From positions 1 through 64,000 of the forward strand of contig CAXHJY010000239.1 in the NCBI GenBank assembly GCA_964016885.1: 64,000 nt of DNA, written 5' to 3'. Both the position numbers and the translations under genes were made by a program. The notes under the pieces were generated by a model that did not search any database, had not been told where the DNA came from, and was given only the letters and a program-made list of their open reading frames with translations. This DNA is from Eledone cirrhosa. Taxonomy: Eukaryota. This document shows, in pieces, positions 1 to 12,377 of the stretch. Each line of letters opens with the position of its first letter. Position 1 is the stretch's first letter.

Positions 1-30
1 ATATATAGTATATATATATATACTATATAT

Positions 31-2436
31 ATCATCATCATCATCATCAACGTTTAACGTCCGTGTTCCACGCTTGCATGGGTTTGGACGGGGGTAGTCC
101 CACTTGAGGCAGGAGTGATTGTCTTGCTCGCATAGGACTGTCTGGCAGGTTTTCTACAGTTGGATGCCCTTCCTAACACCAACCACATTTACAGTGTGGG
201 TCTGGGAGGTTTTTACCGTGTTGCCTACACGGCCACATTACAGCGTGGACTGTGTGTTTTTTGTCGTGACACCTACACGATCTCATTTGTTTCGGCCTCG
301 ATGGCGCGGCACCAACATAACTTTACATAGAACGGGGTGGTGTGGATCGGGTGGGGGTGGTGGTGGTGGGACGGGGTGTATTTTGTTAGAGATGCCTACT
401 GGCTGGAGTAGGTTTTACTATATATTTAGGTAAGGCGGGTCTTCTCTGTTACTGAGTACCGCCAAAGGTCTCGGTCCAGTGACATTGTCTTGGAGAGGTG
501 TAAGTGTGTGATGTCGGAGTTTATCAGCTCGTCCCAGGTTTTTCTAGGTCTGCCTATTCCGTGACTACCGTCTATCTTTATTGCCCTGCACTTTGTTATA
601 CAGCTATCGACTTTCATGCGCATCACGTGTCCATACCAACGTAGCCTTCTCTCGAGTAAACAACATCTGATCCCTCTTATCTCTAATTTTTTTCCTTAGT
701 TCGTTTATGCTTTGCCGTTCACGTATATTACTGTTACACATCCAGCGGAGCATGCAAGCTTCGTTCCTCTCTAGTCTGCGTATATCCTCTGCACACAATG
801 CCCAGGTCTCACTGCCATGCAGCATTGCTGTTCGTATGCAGGCATCGTACAACCTGCCTTTCATTTTTAGTGAGAACCCTTTAGCAGCTAATAGTGGTAT
901 AAGCTCTCTGAACTTTTTCCAACCAGTTCTGACTCTAGCTACAGTACTTTCAGAGCACCCTCCCCCACTGCTGATTTTATCGCCCAGGTAACGGAAGCTG
1001 TCCACTATTTCTATAGAACCCTCTGCGCAATTGAAAGAGCTAGTAGTTTGTGGGCACTTGCTGCTACTTATTGCACCAGAGCACCGGCCACATGTAAAAT
1101 CTATGTTCTTAGTTAGCTTACCTGTGATCCCACTACATCTTTTATGCACCCATACTTTGCATTTAGGACATAAAATGGAGTTTCTACCTACGCCTTTCCT
1201 ACACACCGAGCACGACCATTTCCCAGAAGGGACCGCCGCCTTGTTTTCTTTCCTACTAACTAGTACTTTGGTCTTAGCCAGGTTAATTTTAAGTCCTTTT
1301 GACTCTAGGCCGTGCTTCCATGTTTGGAATTTCTTCTCTAGCTCGGCCATTGATTCCGCTATGAGTGTCAGGTCGTCTGCGTATAGGAGTTCCCATGGGC
1401 AGCCTGTCTTGAACTCCTCTGTTATAGCCTGAAGGGCAATAATAAATAGTAGTGGGCTGAGAACAGAGCCCTGATGGACGCCAACTTTTACGCTAAACTC
1501 TTCACTATATTCGTTGTTAATTCTAACCTTGCTGACTGTTTCTTTATACATGGCTTGTATAGCCCTCACAAGCCATTCGTCAACGCCTAGTTTTCTAAGA
1601 GCCCACCAGATAATGGAGCGGGGGACTCTGTCGAAGGCTTTCTCCAAGTCGACAAAAGCTAAGTAGAGGGGTTTACCTTTAGCTAGGTACTTCTCCTGTA
1701 GTTGTCGTACTATGAAAAGAGCGTCTGTGGTACTTTTGCCTGACACAAACCCGAACTGCATTTCATCTAGGTCAATTCTCTCTCTGATTAGTTGCGCTAT
1801 TACTTTTTCCGTGACCTTCATGACCTGGTCGATTAATTTAATGCCTCTATAGTTACTCCTATCTAGGGCGTCTCCTTTACCCTTATAACAGTTAACGATG
1901 ATGCTGCTATGCCAGTCCTTCGGAACAACCCCATTCTGTACGACTTGGTTAACTATGCGGGTGACCATGGTGTGTCCCACCGTGCCAGATGCCTTCAGCA
2001 TCTCAGCAACTATTTCCGAAGGCCCAGCCGCCTTACCCGTCTTCATATCCTTGATTGCCTTACTTATTATACTCCCCTCGACTAACACTGCTGGTCCCTC
2101 TATTGGGTCGGTATGGGGGAGACTGCCTTTCTCCCAATTATTCTCCTCATTTAGTAGCCTTTCATAGTGACACTTCCAAGCTACCTTCTTATCAGAGTCG
2201 GTGATGGCAAGTGTGCCATCGTCGTTTAGTACACACTTCTCCCCGACAATATCACGGTTTTCCTTGACGCATTGCCTAGCAATCCTGAACACCTCACGTT
2301 TTTGGTCATCGCGTTGTAGAACATGCTTGAACTTTCTTTCCTCAGCTTCCCTTCTTGCTAAGTACACTTGTCTCCTAGCTTCCCTCCTGGCCACTTGATA
2401 GTCCTCTCTACTTCCCCCATCCCGCCATACTTTCCA
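31..2436 (-). mobile_element. RTE-clade LINE, 5'-truncated young copy with 3' UTR and (GAT)n tail, inserted in (TA)n
   Basis: Near-identical reverse complement of 32058-34465; RT motifs (NYRGIKL, QFGF, FVDLEKAFD, GVHQGS, YADD, RYLG); (ATC)n at 31-48 is the tail. Confidence 0.95.
426..2436 (-). pseudogene. Truncated, frameshifted RT ORF of the RTE copy
   Basis: ORFs 604..2394 and 426..626 join after a +1 frameshift: T7 at 687-693 versus A6 at 33801-33806 in the long copy. APE domain absent. Confidence 0.9.
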
Positions 2437-2736
2437 TATATATACTATATATATACATACTATATATATACTATATATATATAAATACTATATATATATA
2501 TATATACTATATATATATACTATATATATATACTATATATATATACTATATATATATATACTATATATATATATACTATATATATATATACTATATATAT
2601 ATATACTATATATATATATACTATATATATACATACTATATATATACTATATATATATATACTATATATATATATACTATATATATATATACTATATATA
2701 TATACTATATATATATACTATATATACTATATATAT
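2437..2736. repeat. Compound (TA)n microsatellite with periodic TAC interruptions
   Basis: Read directly from the sequence. Confidence 0.95.
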
Positions 2737-2948
2737 CAAGTAAGTATGTTTTGAAACAGTGAGCGAGTTTGAAATTAGAAAATATATAGCTTTCACCGTA
2801 TTTTTAACTAAAGGAATTTTAGCTTGATAATGGCCTTTGGAACCCCCAGAAAATGTACGTCAATACTCATCTTTTTCCATTTTTCTGAGGGTTCTAAACC
2901 CCATTATCAACCTAAAATTCCTTTAGTTAAAAATACGGTGAAAGCCAT

Positions 2949-2960
<12 letters not shown>
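2737..2960 (-). mobile_element. Non-coding fold-back element (inverted arms plus one-sided tail), family shared with 34486-34787
   Basis: 2774-2833 is nearly the reverse complement of 2901-2960; internal TGTAC(G/A)TCAATACTCATC motif and tail shared with the 34.5 kb copy. Confidence 0.7.
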
Positions 2961-2992
<32 letters not shown>

Positions 2993-2997
<5 letters not shown>

Positions 2998-3183
2998 AAC
3001 CAGTAAGACCCCGACAGCTGAGCTCAAGCCGTTTCGACGGCTAATTCTGAGAATTAGCCGTCGAAACGGCTTGAGCTCAGCTGTCGGGGTCTTACTGGTT
3101 CCTATTACCCACTCTACTACCTCAAGTATTGAGTACTTTGGTGCGTTATGGTCCACCTGGTTCCTTACCACATTTCCTTCGTT
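2993..3183 (+). mobile_element. Short Penelope-like/HHR-derived element: 113-bp perfect palindrome plus tail
   Basis: 56-bp perfect arms around G3049; contains GAAAC-GGCT...AGCT-GTC (3' half of an HHR); related copy at 21527-21595. Confidence 0.65.
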
Positions 3184-3236
3184 ATATATATATATATATA
3201 TATATATATACTATATATATATATATATACTATATA

Positions 3237-3690
3237 TATCTATCTATCTATCTAAGGCGGGTAAAATTCCCGAGATCCATGGACGCGTTCTCTCCAGCGG
3301 TCGCTGTCCCTCATTATCGCTGCCATGTCCTGCGTCTCCAACAGACCAGTGTCTGTCCTTAGGGCATCAACATACGTTAACCTTGGTCTTCCTCTTCTAG
3401 TGACTCTGTGCTTTAGTGGAGTCTGTGCTGCTGTACGGGTCTGAGACTTGGACACTGACCAAGAAACTCACTCAAATGGTGGATGGGTGCTACACGAGAA
3501 TGCTGAGGATGGCTCTGAACATTAATCAGTATACACTGAGGATGAAAAACTCAGAGCTGTATGGGAGCATCCCAAAAATCAACTCAAAAGTGACACAGAG
3601 GAGACTGAGGTTAGCTGGACATTCTCACCGACATCCAGAGTTGACATTGCACTCAGTGCTCCTGTGGGAGCCACTACATGGACACACTAG

Positions 3691-3692
<2 letters not shown>
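3237..3692 (-). mobile_element. 3' fragment of a second RTE-like LINE family with an inverted 5' segment
   Basis: Minus 3252-3402 encodes TRRGRPRLTYVDAL...WRERV with a (TAGA)n tail; plus 3403-3692 encodes the preceding VESVLLYGSETWTLT...RRLRLAGH...LLWEPLHGHTR. Confidence 0.9.
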
Positions 3693-3727
<35 letters not shown>

Positions 3728-4046
3728 ATTTATATATACTATATATATATATATTTATATATACTATATATATATATTTATATATACTATATATATATAT
3801 ATTTATATATACTATATATATATATTTATATATACTATATATATATATATTTATATATACTATATATATATATATTTATATATACTATATATATATATTT
3901 ATATATACTATATATATATATATTTATATATACTATATATATATATATTTATATATACTATATATATATATATATATATACTATATATATATATATATTT
4001 ATATATACTATATATATATATATACTATATATATATATATATATAT

Positions 4047-4107
<61 letters not shown>

Positions 4108-4594
4108 TATATATATATATTTATATATACTATATATATATATTTATATATACTATATATATGTACTATATATATATATATGTACTATATATATATATTT
4201 ATATATACTATATATATATATTTATTTATACTATATATATATATTTATATATACTATATATATATATTTATATATACTATATATATATATTTATATATAC
4301 TATATATATATATATATATGTACTATATATATATATTTATATATACTATATATATATATTTATATATACTATATACATATATATATATATGTACTATATA
4401 TATATATTTATATATACTATATATACATATATATATATATATGTACTATATATATATTTATATATACTATATATATATATATATATTTATATATACTATA
4501 TATATATATATATATTTATATATACTATATATATATATATATATTTATATATACTATATATATATATATATTTATATATACTATATATATATAT
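3693..4594. repeat. Long compound (TA)n tract, unit approximately TTTATATATAC(TA)n
   Basis: Read directly from the sequence. Confidence 0.95.
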
Positions 4595-5192
4595 ATCATC
4601 ATCATCATCATCATCATCACCGTTTTACGTCCGTTCTTCCACGCTAGCATGGGTTAGACGGGTTGTCCTGTTGTGGGCAGTGTCTGGTCGGCTGACCATG
4701 CCTTGCTCATACAGGAACTGATCTGGCTTGATTTCTACAGCTGGATGCCCTTCCTAACACCAACCTCATTTACAGTGAGTGCTGGGTGCTTTTTCGTGGC
4801 GCCTACACGTCCACTTTACAGTGTGGGCTGGGTGCTTTTTTGCCGTGGCACCTCCACGACCACCTTGCGGTGGGGGGGGGGGGGCATATTGTTTATATGC
4901 TTCAGCATGTACCCATGGGAGGTCGGGTACCCTGTATTACTGCGTGACGCCAGAAGTCACGGTCGTGTGTCATTGACTTTGAGAGGTGTAGTTGGGTAAG
5001 GTCGGCTTTTATCACCTCATCCCAAGTCATCTTGGGTCTCCCCACTCCGCGGTTTCCATCAACTTCTAGTGCTCTGCACCTTTTTATGCAGCTGTCATCC
5101 TTCATACGCATCACATGTCCATACCAGCGTAACCGCCTCTCCTGCACGCAGCATTTGATTCCTCTTATGCTCAGTCTCTCTCTCAATTCATT
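4595..5192 (-). mobile_element. 3' fragment of an RTE LINE, sister family of the young element
   Basis: ORF 4902..5186 encodes ERRLRWYGHVMRM...GRPKMTWDEVI...DRDFWR; 3' UTR homologous to 34068-34465; (GAT)n tail. Confidence 0.9.
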
Positions 5193-5690
5193 TATACTAT
5201 ATATATATATATATATTTATATATACTATATATATACATATTTATATATACTATATATATATATATATATTTATATATACTATATATATATATATATATT
5301 TATATATACTATATATATATATATATATTTATATATACTATATATATATATATATATTTATATATACTATATATATATATATATATTTATATATACTATA
5401 TATATATATATATATTTATATATACTATATATATATATATATATTTATATATACTATATATATATATATATATTTATATATACTATATATATATATATAT
5501 ATTTATATATACTATATATATATATATATTTATATATACTATATATATATATATATTTATATATACTATATATATATATATATATTTATATATACTATAT
5601 ATATATATATATATTTATATATACTATATATATATATATATTTATATATACTATATATATATATATATTTATATATACTATATATATATA
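5193..5690. repeat. Compound (TA)n tract
   Basis: Same unit as 3693-4594. Confidence 0.95.
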
Positions 5691-6233
5691 ATGTGTGTGT
5701 ATATATAATATTAAGCAAGAGAAAATGTATATTGATAGATATAGGTGACTGCATGTATATATGTATACTTATATTACTTGGATGCATTGAACTCTGAAGT
5801 AAGGTTTGTCATAGATATCATGTCTGCTGAAATCCAGTTTGCTCCAGGCTATGTTAGAGGGTTTTTTCGTGTGAATATTCGTACAGTACTCTCTTCGATT
5901 TTGCTAGTCTCACATTTTCACTGCCAACCTCAGTGTCTTTTCCCTGAGGCTATTCTTCTGTCCGTTTGATCTGATAGCATTACCATTCCACATCAGCTTT
6001 CTTCTTTCTTAACTCTTGGCAGCAGTTCATCAAAGAGGTCGATATGTCCTTCAATATTTGTTCTCTGATCTGTGCACAAAATTTATAAAGATCTTCCAAC
6101 AGTTCACCATTTACAGACACACACGTACACGTACATAGGCATGCATAATGTACGCATAATGTGCAAGTGTATATGAAACCAGTGAAAGTATATATGTATT
6201 CATACATGTTTTTATTGGTGTCACATGCACTTG

Positions 6234-6288
<55 letters not shown>

Positions 6289-6382
6289 GATATGATGTAT
6301 TATATATATATATATAATATGATATATTATATAATATATATACATATATTATATGATATTATATACTATATACATACATACA

Positions 6383-6710
6383 TATATTGAAAAGATAACA
6401 AGGACAATTGGTTACTCCTTCATTACATTTATTGGTAGGGACGCGCGTTTCGCCACTGATCAGCTCAAGGTTCGATCTGTATCGATCTTACCCGACTCTA
6501 TAATCGGCAGCTCAATGGGCCCTTTAAAATGATCAGTGTCGCAATGCGCGTCACCTACCAATAAATGTATTGAAGGAGTAACCAATCGTCCTTGTTATCT
6601 TTTCAATATAATACACTCTGTATAGCTCTACACCTCGACACAGAAGTGAACCTAAACATCGAGTGCTCACCCGGGTGAACCTACAGTAACTCCAAGTTAC
6701 ACTCCCTAGA
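6383..6710 (+). mobile_element. Short Penelope-like element with inverted arms and an HHR stem-III remnant
   Basis: 6383-6462 inverted against 6530-6610; minus strand reads CGAAAC-GCGC-GTC; tail to ~6710 runs into (TACA)n. Confidence 0.6.
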
Positions 6711-6759
6711 TACATACATACATACATATATATATATATATAGTCACGGAGCTCAAATA

Positions 6760-7230
6760 ATCGTTGGTGATAGGAACGGCTTTCAGCCATATTATGTACA
6801 TGACAGCCTCCCTTGTGTTGGTAATCTACATGATAAATGCACTCAGTATGCACTGTAAAGTTGTTGATGATAAGAAGGGCATCCAGCTATATAAAATTTG
6901 CCTGACCAAGGGTTGGGAGGACCCTTCAACCATGTCAAGGACATGACAATATCCTTAGTTTTGGTGATTTACATGATAAACACACCCAATTCATGCTGTA
7001 AAGTGGTTGGTGAAACGAAGGGCATCCAGCTGTAGAAAACTCACCAGACAACTGGTCGGGAGGACCCTTCAGTTGTGTCAAAGGAACGGCACCCTCCCCT
7101 GCGCACTTGATCAAACATGTGACCGTACATAAGAGACTCCTGGCCTGCCTGGGAGATCAGTGACTCTGCTTCAATACTGATTTGGTCTGTATGGATCCGT
7201 CCAGCAGTGAAAGCAGACATTGATGATGAT
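6760..7230 (+). mobile_element. Non-coding retroelement 3' region with tandem ~145-bp modules and (GAT)n tail
   Basis: GAAGGGCATCCAGCT module repeated; related copies near 43025-43300 and 49245-49530. Confidence 0.6.
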
Positions 7231-7231
7231 A

Positions 7232-7620
7232 TAATATAATAATGAAATTATTGTGTAAAGTGCTCAAGTGCACTACAACTCGTCAAAGGTGCATGTATAG
7301 TACATAGAATAATATACAAATGTCAGGGAAGTGAATAGTGTATGAGTCATGATATACATGTGTGTATATGTATGGAGGGGGAACATTAGCTGTAGTGTTG
7401 GCGAATCTCAGGAAGCATGGAGGTTTTAAAGGATGCAGTGTCTCGACAGCTAACAACTGATGCAGGTAGTTTGTTCCATGCTTCAGCAACTCTGAGCGTG
7501 AAAAAATGTTTCCAAAAGTCATGGGAACTGTGCTGTTTTCTGACTTTGTGGGCATGCCCACGTGTGTTAGACATATGGAAATCAAAATGGTACTCAGGCT
7601 TGTTGTTGGCAAGATGGTTA
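7232..7620 (-). mobile_element. CR1-group LINE 3' end
   Basis: TRGHAHKVRK...FFTLRVAEAWNKLPASVV...FK matches the typical CR1 ORF2 C-terminus. Confidence 0.85.
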
Positions 7621-7714
7621 TATATACAGTATATATATCTATTATCTAATATATATATATTATATGTAAAATATATATTTAATATATATCTAATATAATA
7701 TATATATAATAGAA

Positions 7715-8600
7715 ATAGACGTGATGCACGTAGAAGGTAACAGCTGCATAATGAAATGCAGAGAAACCTCAGTGGTTGGGATGCAATGGAAGAGGCAGAC
7801 CTAAAAAGACACAAGACGAGTTTAAAAAAACTAACCTTACTACAGAAATGACTAAAGTCCATGTGGACTGGTGCTATGTGGTGCTGAAGAAGACCCGACC
7901 TGCAGCATACAATGTGGTTTAACCTATCCCTGTGTCCCCCTACTTCCATTAGCACTCACTAACAGCTATTTTCAACATCTCTACACCATATTCACCCCCC
8001 CCCCCCAGCCTTCCTTAAAAGTCTCTAGTCTCCTACACTATCATACTCTTGAAGCTACTCACCTCACTCATATGCTCCCACCCTTGACTCCTCCATTAGC
8101 ACTCCCTATCAGCTATCCTCACCATCACTATACGCCCCCTCCTGTATTCATCCCTTAGCTGCATACAATATATATATATATGCAGCTAAGGGATGAATAT
8201 GGGCACCAGTGAAAATTACTCACTGCAATCCAAAGAAGTAGTTGATAGCTTCTGTTACCTAAGTGACCAAATTAACAGTGAATGAATGCTTAAAAGCATA
8301 GTAGCCAGAGTAATAACAGGCTGGATATCATTTAGCAAGCTACTATCTCTGCTGGTGTTAAAGAGATTACCTCCCTCAGTGAATGGAAGATTATATGATA
8401 CTGGGTACAAAGTGCAATGTGATATGGTAGTGAAACATGTTCATTGAATGCATTGGATACAGAAAGGTTAGAAAGAAGTCTAGCATACTCTGTTAGACGT
8501 GTAATGTTAGTGCAAATGATGCATGAGTTCAAGGAAACTTAGTGTGCAAGAGAGACATTTGCAATGGTATCGGCATGTGATGTGTATGGATGATGAAGAG
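7715..8600 (+). mobile_element. Two degraded RTE LINE remnants (about 7715-7905 and 8205-8600)
   Basis: Broken translations GRGRPKKT, VVDSFCYL and QERHLQWYRHVM are homologous to the young RTE C-terminus. Confidence 0.7.
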
Positions 8601-9685
8601 AGAAGAGTGGATATATGGGAGAGAGAAGATATAGAAAGATAAACGTCTATCTTCCTATTTCTTTTCTCTCCCAAACATTCTCTTTTCTCTTTAAATATAT
8701 ATTTAACAGTTCTATATGAGTAAAACATGGTCACCTGACTCCACTTGCCTCTAATGGGACAACCCGTCTAACCCATGCTAGCATGGAAAATGGATGTTAA
8801 ACGATGATGATATGTTACAGGCACAGGCCCTCGAAAAATGTAAAGTATATGAAGTTGGCGCTTAAAGGGATGTAGCAATATAGCAGATGGCGATTTGTCC
8901 AATGAAAAAACAATTCTGCCAGTCCCCTGCCCTTTAATACAACACACACAAACGTATATATGAGTGTGTATGTATGCATATATATATATAAACCCATGCT
9001 AGCATGGAAGATAGACGTTAAACAATATATATCATCATCATCATCATTATCGTTTAACGTCTATCTTCCACTGAAAATGTATCCTCTTTACGATAGTTCT
9101 TCGAAAAACACATTACATTTTTCCTCTCTCTTTTTGTTATTCAAACATTCACACATCTTTCGACTAAAATAATGGATCTCACACAAAATAAAATATAATT
9201 TTCTCTAATTTAACGGTTAACAAATAAAATTGGAGTTATCTTTCCTTTCTCAATTGTGCAAACATAAACCTATTATGTTTGATAATCTAATTAGCTTCGC
9301 TAAATTAACAATATTCTGAAAACATTTTCAATGTTGAACAAAATTTTTGAATCCAGAAATTATTCTACTCTCACAACTTGAACCACCTATTTTTAAGTAA
9401 AATACAAATTCAACATCCTTCATAACTCATATTTGATATATAAACAACTAATACATACGCAATTTATTAATATATATATAGATATTTATATACATATAAC
9501 CTATCGTAATGTAATAAGATAAAAATACTTACAACCATAATTCTGCATATAATCTAATTGATTATATGTACAATATTATAACTCATAATATAGGTAAATA
9601 AATCTTTTCCCCCAAATTAACGTAAATGCTTTCTTTCTCTTCTTTCCTATGCATACAATAACTTATCATAATTATTTAAATTTTC

Positions 9686-9962
9686 CATAGCCTCTAAAAT
9701 AACGTTTTTTACAGATTTTTTACTTAAACCTCATTTGCATACTCATCTTAATAATTTGAAATATCTGACTTTTCTTCTCTTTTCCTTTCACTATCCAAGG
9801 ATAACTTGAACCGCTAAGGTATATTCTCCTTGGTTATGTCAAAATTTATAAAACACACTTCATATTTTATCTGATGATAGCGTTCCAAAATTTTGGTACC
9901 TTTGAAATATATATAAAAGAATAAATATGGTTTTATAAATATAGTTTCCATTCATTTAATAT

Positions 9963-9969
<7 letters not shown>
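9686..9969 (+). mobile_element. Short repeat with HHR-like motif (9864-9919), ending in (TA)n
   Basis: Inverted homolog at 12378-12659; CTGATGA-hairpin-GAAA-TATATA. Confidence 0.6.
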
Positions 9970-10004
<35 letters not shown>

Positions 10005-10223
10005 CATCATTTCATTCCTTTCATTTTACGTCCGCTTTTCCCTGCTTGCAACATTTAGGTTTGTTGGTTCACCACTGGATAGAACTGGTCATTCCGTATA
10101 GTCAACCATGATGTAATATTAGGAAAAGCACTCGACGTAATGCAACTCACCCATCTTCGTTTATGTTGAATCTTGTTGGTGGTGCGAGAACGGAGTTAAT
10201 TATTATTGAGTAAAATGACAGGA

Positions 10224-10291
10224 GGCTGGACTGGTGAAATTCCTTAAAGATTTATTATAATAAATCTTTAAGGAATTTCACCAGTCCAGCC
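10224..10291. repeat. 68-bp perfect palindrome with no spacer
   Basis: GGCTGGACTGGTGAAATTCCTTAAAGATTTATTA followed by its exact reverse complement. Confidence 0.95.
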
Positions 10292-11469
10292 CCCCCCCCC
10301 TCTCTCTCTCTCTATATATATATAATATAGGTGTATACATTTATATATGTGTGTAAATGCATATATATATATAAGTTGACGGGACTAGGATGGGTTTCAC
10401 TGCTAGTACCGGTTGCATCTCAACGTTCTCAATAGGTAATGTTATGTAAAATCCCTGAGTAGACACATAGTTTTTTGCTTCAATACAACACACGTAAATC
10501 TATACCTATATTTGAACTTTGGCCGCAATTAATGGAGCAATAGAGTGCACAGCATCTACTGTCTACATATATTATGCAACAATGCACAATCTGCGCATGT
10601 GACTTCATCAGCGGGTTTCGCCTCATCAATAACCAATCAATTGACAGAATTCGATTCCAGTCCATGTCGGCTATGGCTATGACAGTGAATGTGATGGTCA
10701 ACACAGTAAAACATTAGCAACTGAAATCCCTACATGTTATCACAATGCCGTCAACCGATTGGTTACTGATTCAGAAATTTACGTGACAGTATGAGATGAA
10801 ATTCAAATATTTCCGCTCCCGCCATAAGCAACCAGCCAATGTATCTCAAACACAAATTAACAAGCGAGTGAAAAATCGGTTATTAGAGAAAATCAGTCTC
10901 CAATCACTGTACAATAGAATGGTAGCATTCGGCTCTAGTCTCCAAGTCCCATGGCGAGAAATAGTGCGACAGTCACATAGGTAGTACCTAAAACCTTTCC
11001 GGACATTAAATGCCAACAGGCAATTAGACAGCAATATAGAGTTAGCGCGCTGGTTAGAATTCAAATTCTAGATGTTTCGACCAACCACATGCGTAAACCG
11101 GTCAATTGCACAACTTGCACGATTCAATAGGTGAGTAAAAGAGGAAGATAGAACATATATTAGAGTACATATTAAACAAAACAATAAAAAATGTGGAAAA
11201 TTGTTCAACTTACTCTCATTGATATATATATATATATACGTATACATATATATATGTATACATTTATTTATATATATGTATGTATATATATATATATACA
11301 GTATATATATATATATATACATATAAATAAATGTATGCATATATACATACATATATATGTATACATATATGTATATATGCTTGTATATATGCATACATTT
11401 ATATATATATATTCAACATTTTAAGAAAGCAACTACACTATAACCTCATATATTATTATTATTACAAAC

Positions 11470-11561
<92 letters not shown>

Positions 11562-12100
11562 AGAGACGTTTATATATATTGTATTAGAATATGAAATCCT
11601 AGAGTTAAATTTCATTGGTCTAGACTAGAGTAAACAACACTTCTTATTTTTCAAAGCTAATGAAATAGTGTCTGTTATTGAAATCTAGTGGAGATAAACA
11701 AACTTGTTTACATTTCCTGATGAAGCAATCTAAGCCTGTATATTAGCATAAAATATGTGCAGTTATAATGATGTTTACTATTATGAACACTCTTACAGCA
11801 ATGAGCACTGTGTCATTAATTTACAAAATGAAACTAACAGCTGAATTTTACATAGGCTATGGTCTCTGCCGTCCCCTCCCTCAACAAACAGTAATTAATA
11901 AAGATTATTTTCATTGCTTTAATTAGTTAATTAACTTAAAACAAATTTCTTATTGAGCATTCCTAGTAAAAAATACCTGTTTTTAGATTAACTGAAACAT
12001 ATACTATGAAGCAGGTGTGTATTTGTTACCATCACACATACACACAAACACACACAAACACCTGTGTGTTTGTGGAAAAGGTCATGTATATATGTGTATG

Positions 12101-12167
<67 letters not shown>

Positions 12168-12377
12168 GAGTAGAGAAATTAATGTAAGCAAAATGGCAAC
12201 AATAATTCAGACATATAAGTGACTATACCATCAAGGTGAAAAAATGTTTAATGTAAGATGAGGGAAAAGTAATACAATCTTAATTTAAAACAAATCAAGA
12301 AGAAAAACTTTATCCTCAGACTTTGTGCAAGTTTGGGAAAAAGCAGTACAATCTTATATATATATATATATATATAT

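Noticed and set aside
707-2398. Antisense ORFs over the LINE (mirrored at 32096-33877)
   Set aside because: Shadow frames; their recurrence simply reflects the near-identity of the two LINE copies.
3678-5691. Long YI-rich ORFs (200-413 aa), and similar HT/CV-rich ORFs elsewhere
   Set aside because: They are translations of (TA)n and (CA)n microsatellites that happen to lack stops; only the LINE-derived portions have protein-like content.
5790-6120. Possible host exon on minus (VNGELLEDLYKFC...)
   Set aside because: Stops in all frames; looks more like a heavily decayed LINE RT fragment, too weak to list as a feature.
9070-9685. Possible Penelope ORF remnant upstream of the HHR repeat (NIGK motif)
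   Set aside because: Only a four-residue match amid many stops; needs a translated profile search.
10605-10632. Minus-strand TTGATGAGGCGAAAC...CTGATGAAG as a hammerhead
   Set aside because: No room for stem II, first core C missing, no valid stem I or III; kept only as part of the CpG-rich segment.
11717-11740. CTGATGAAGC motif
   Set aside because: No GAAA after a stem II; likely a chance match.
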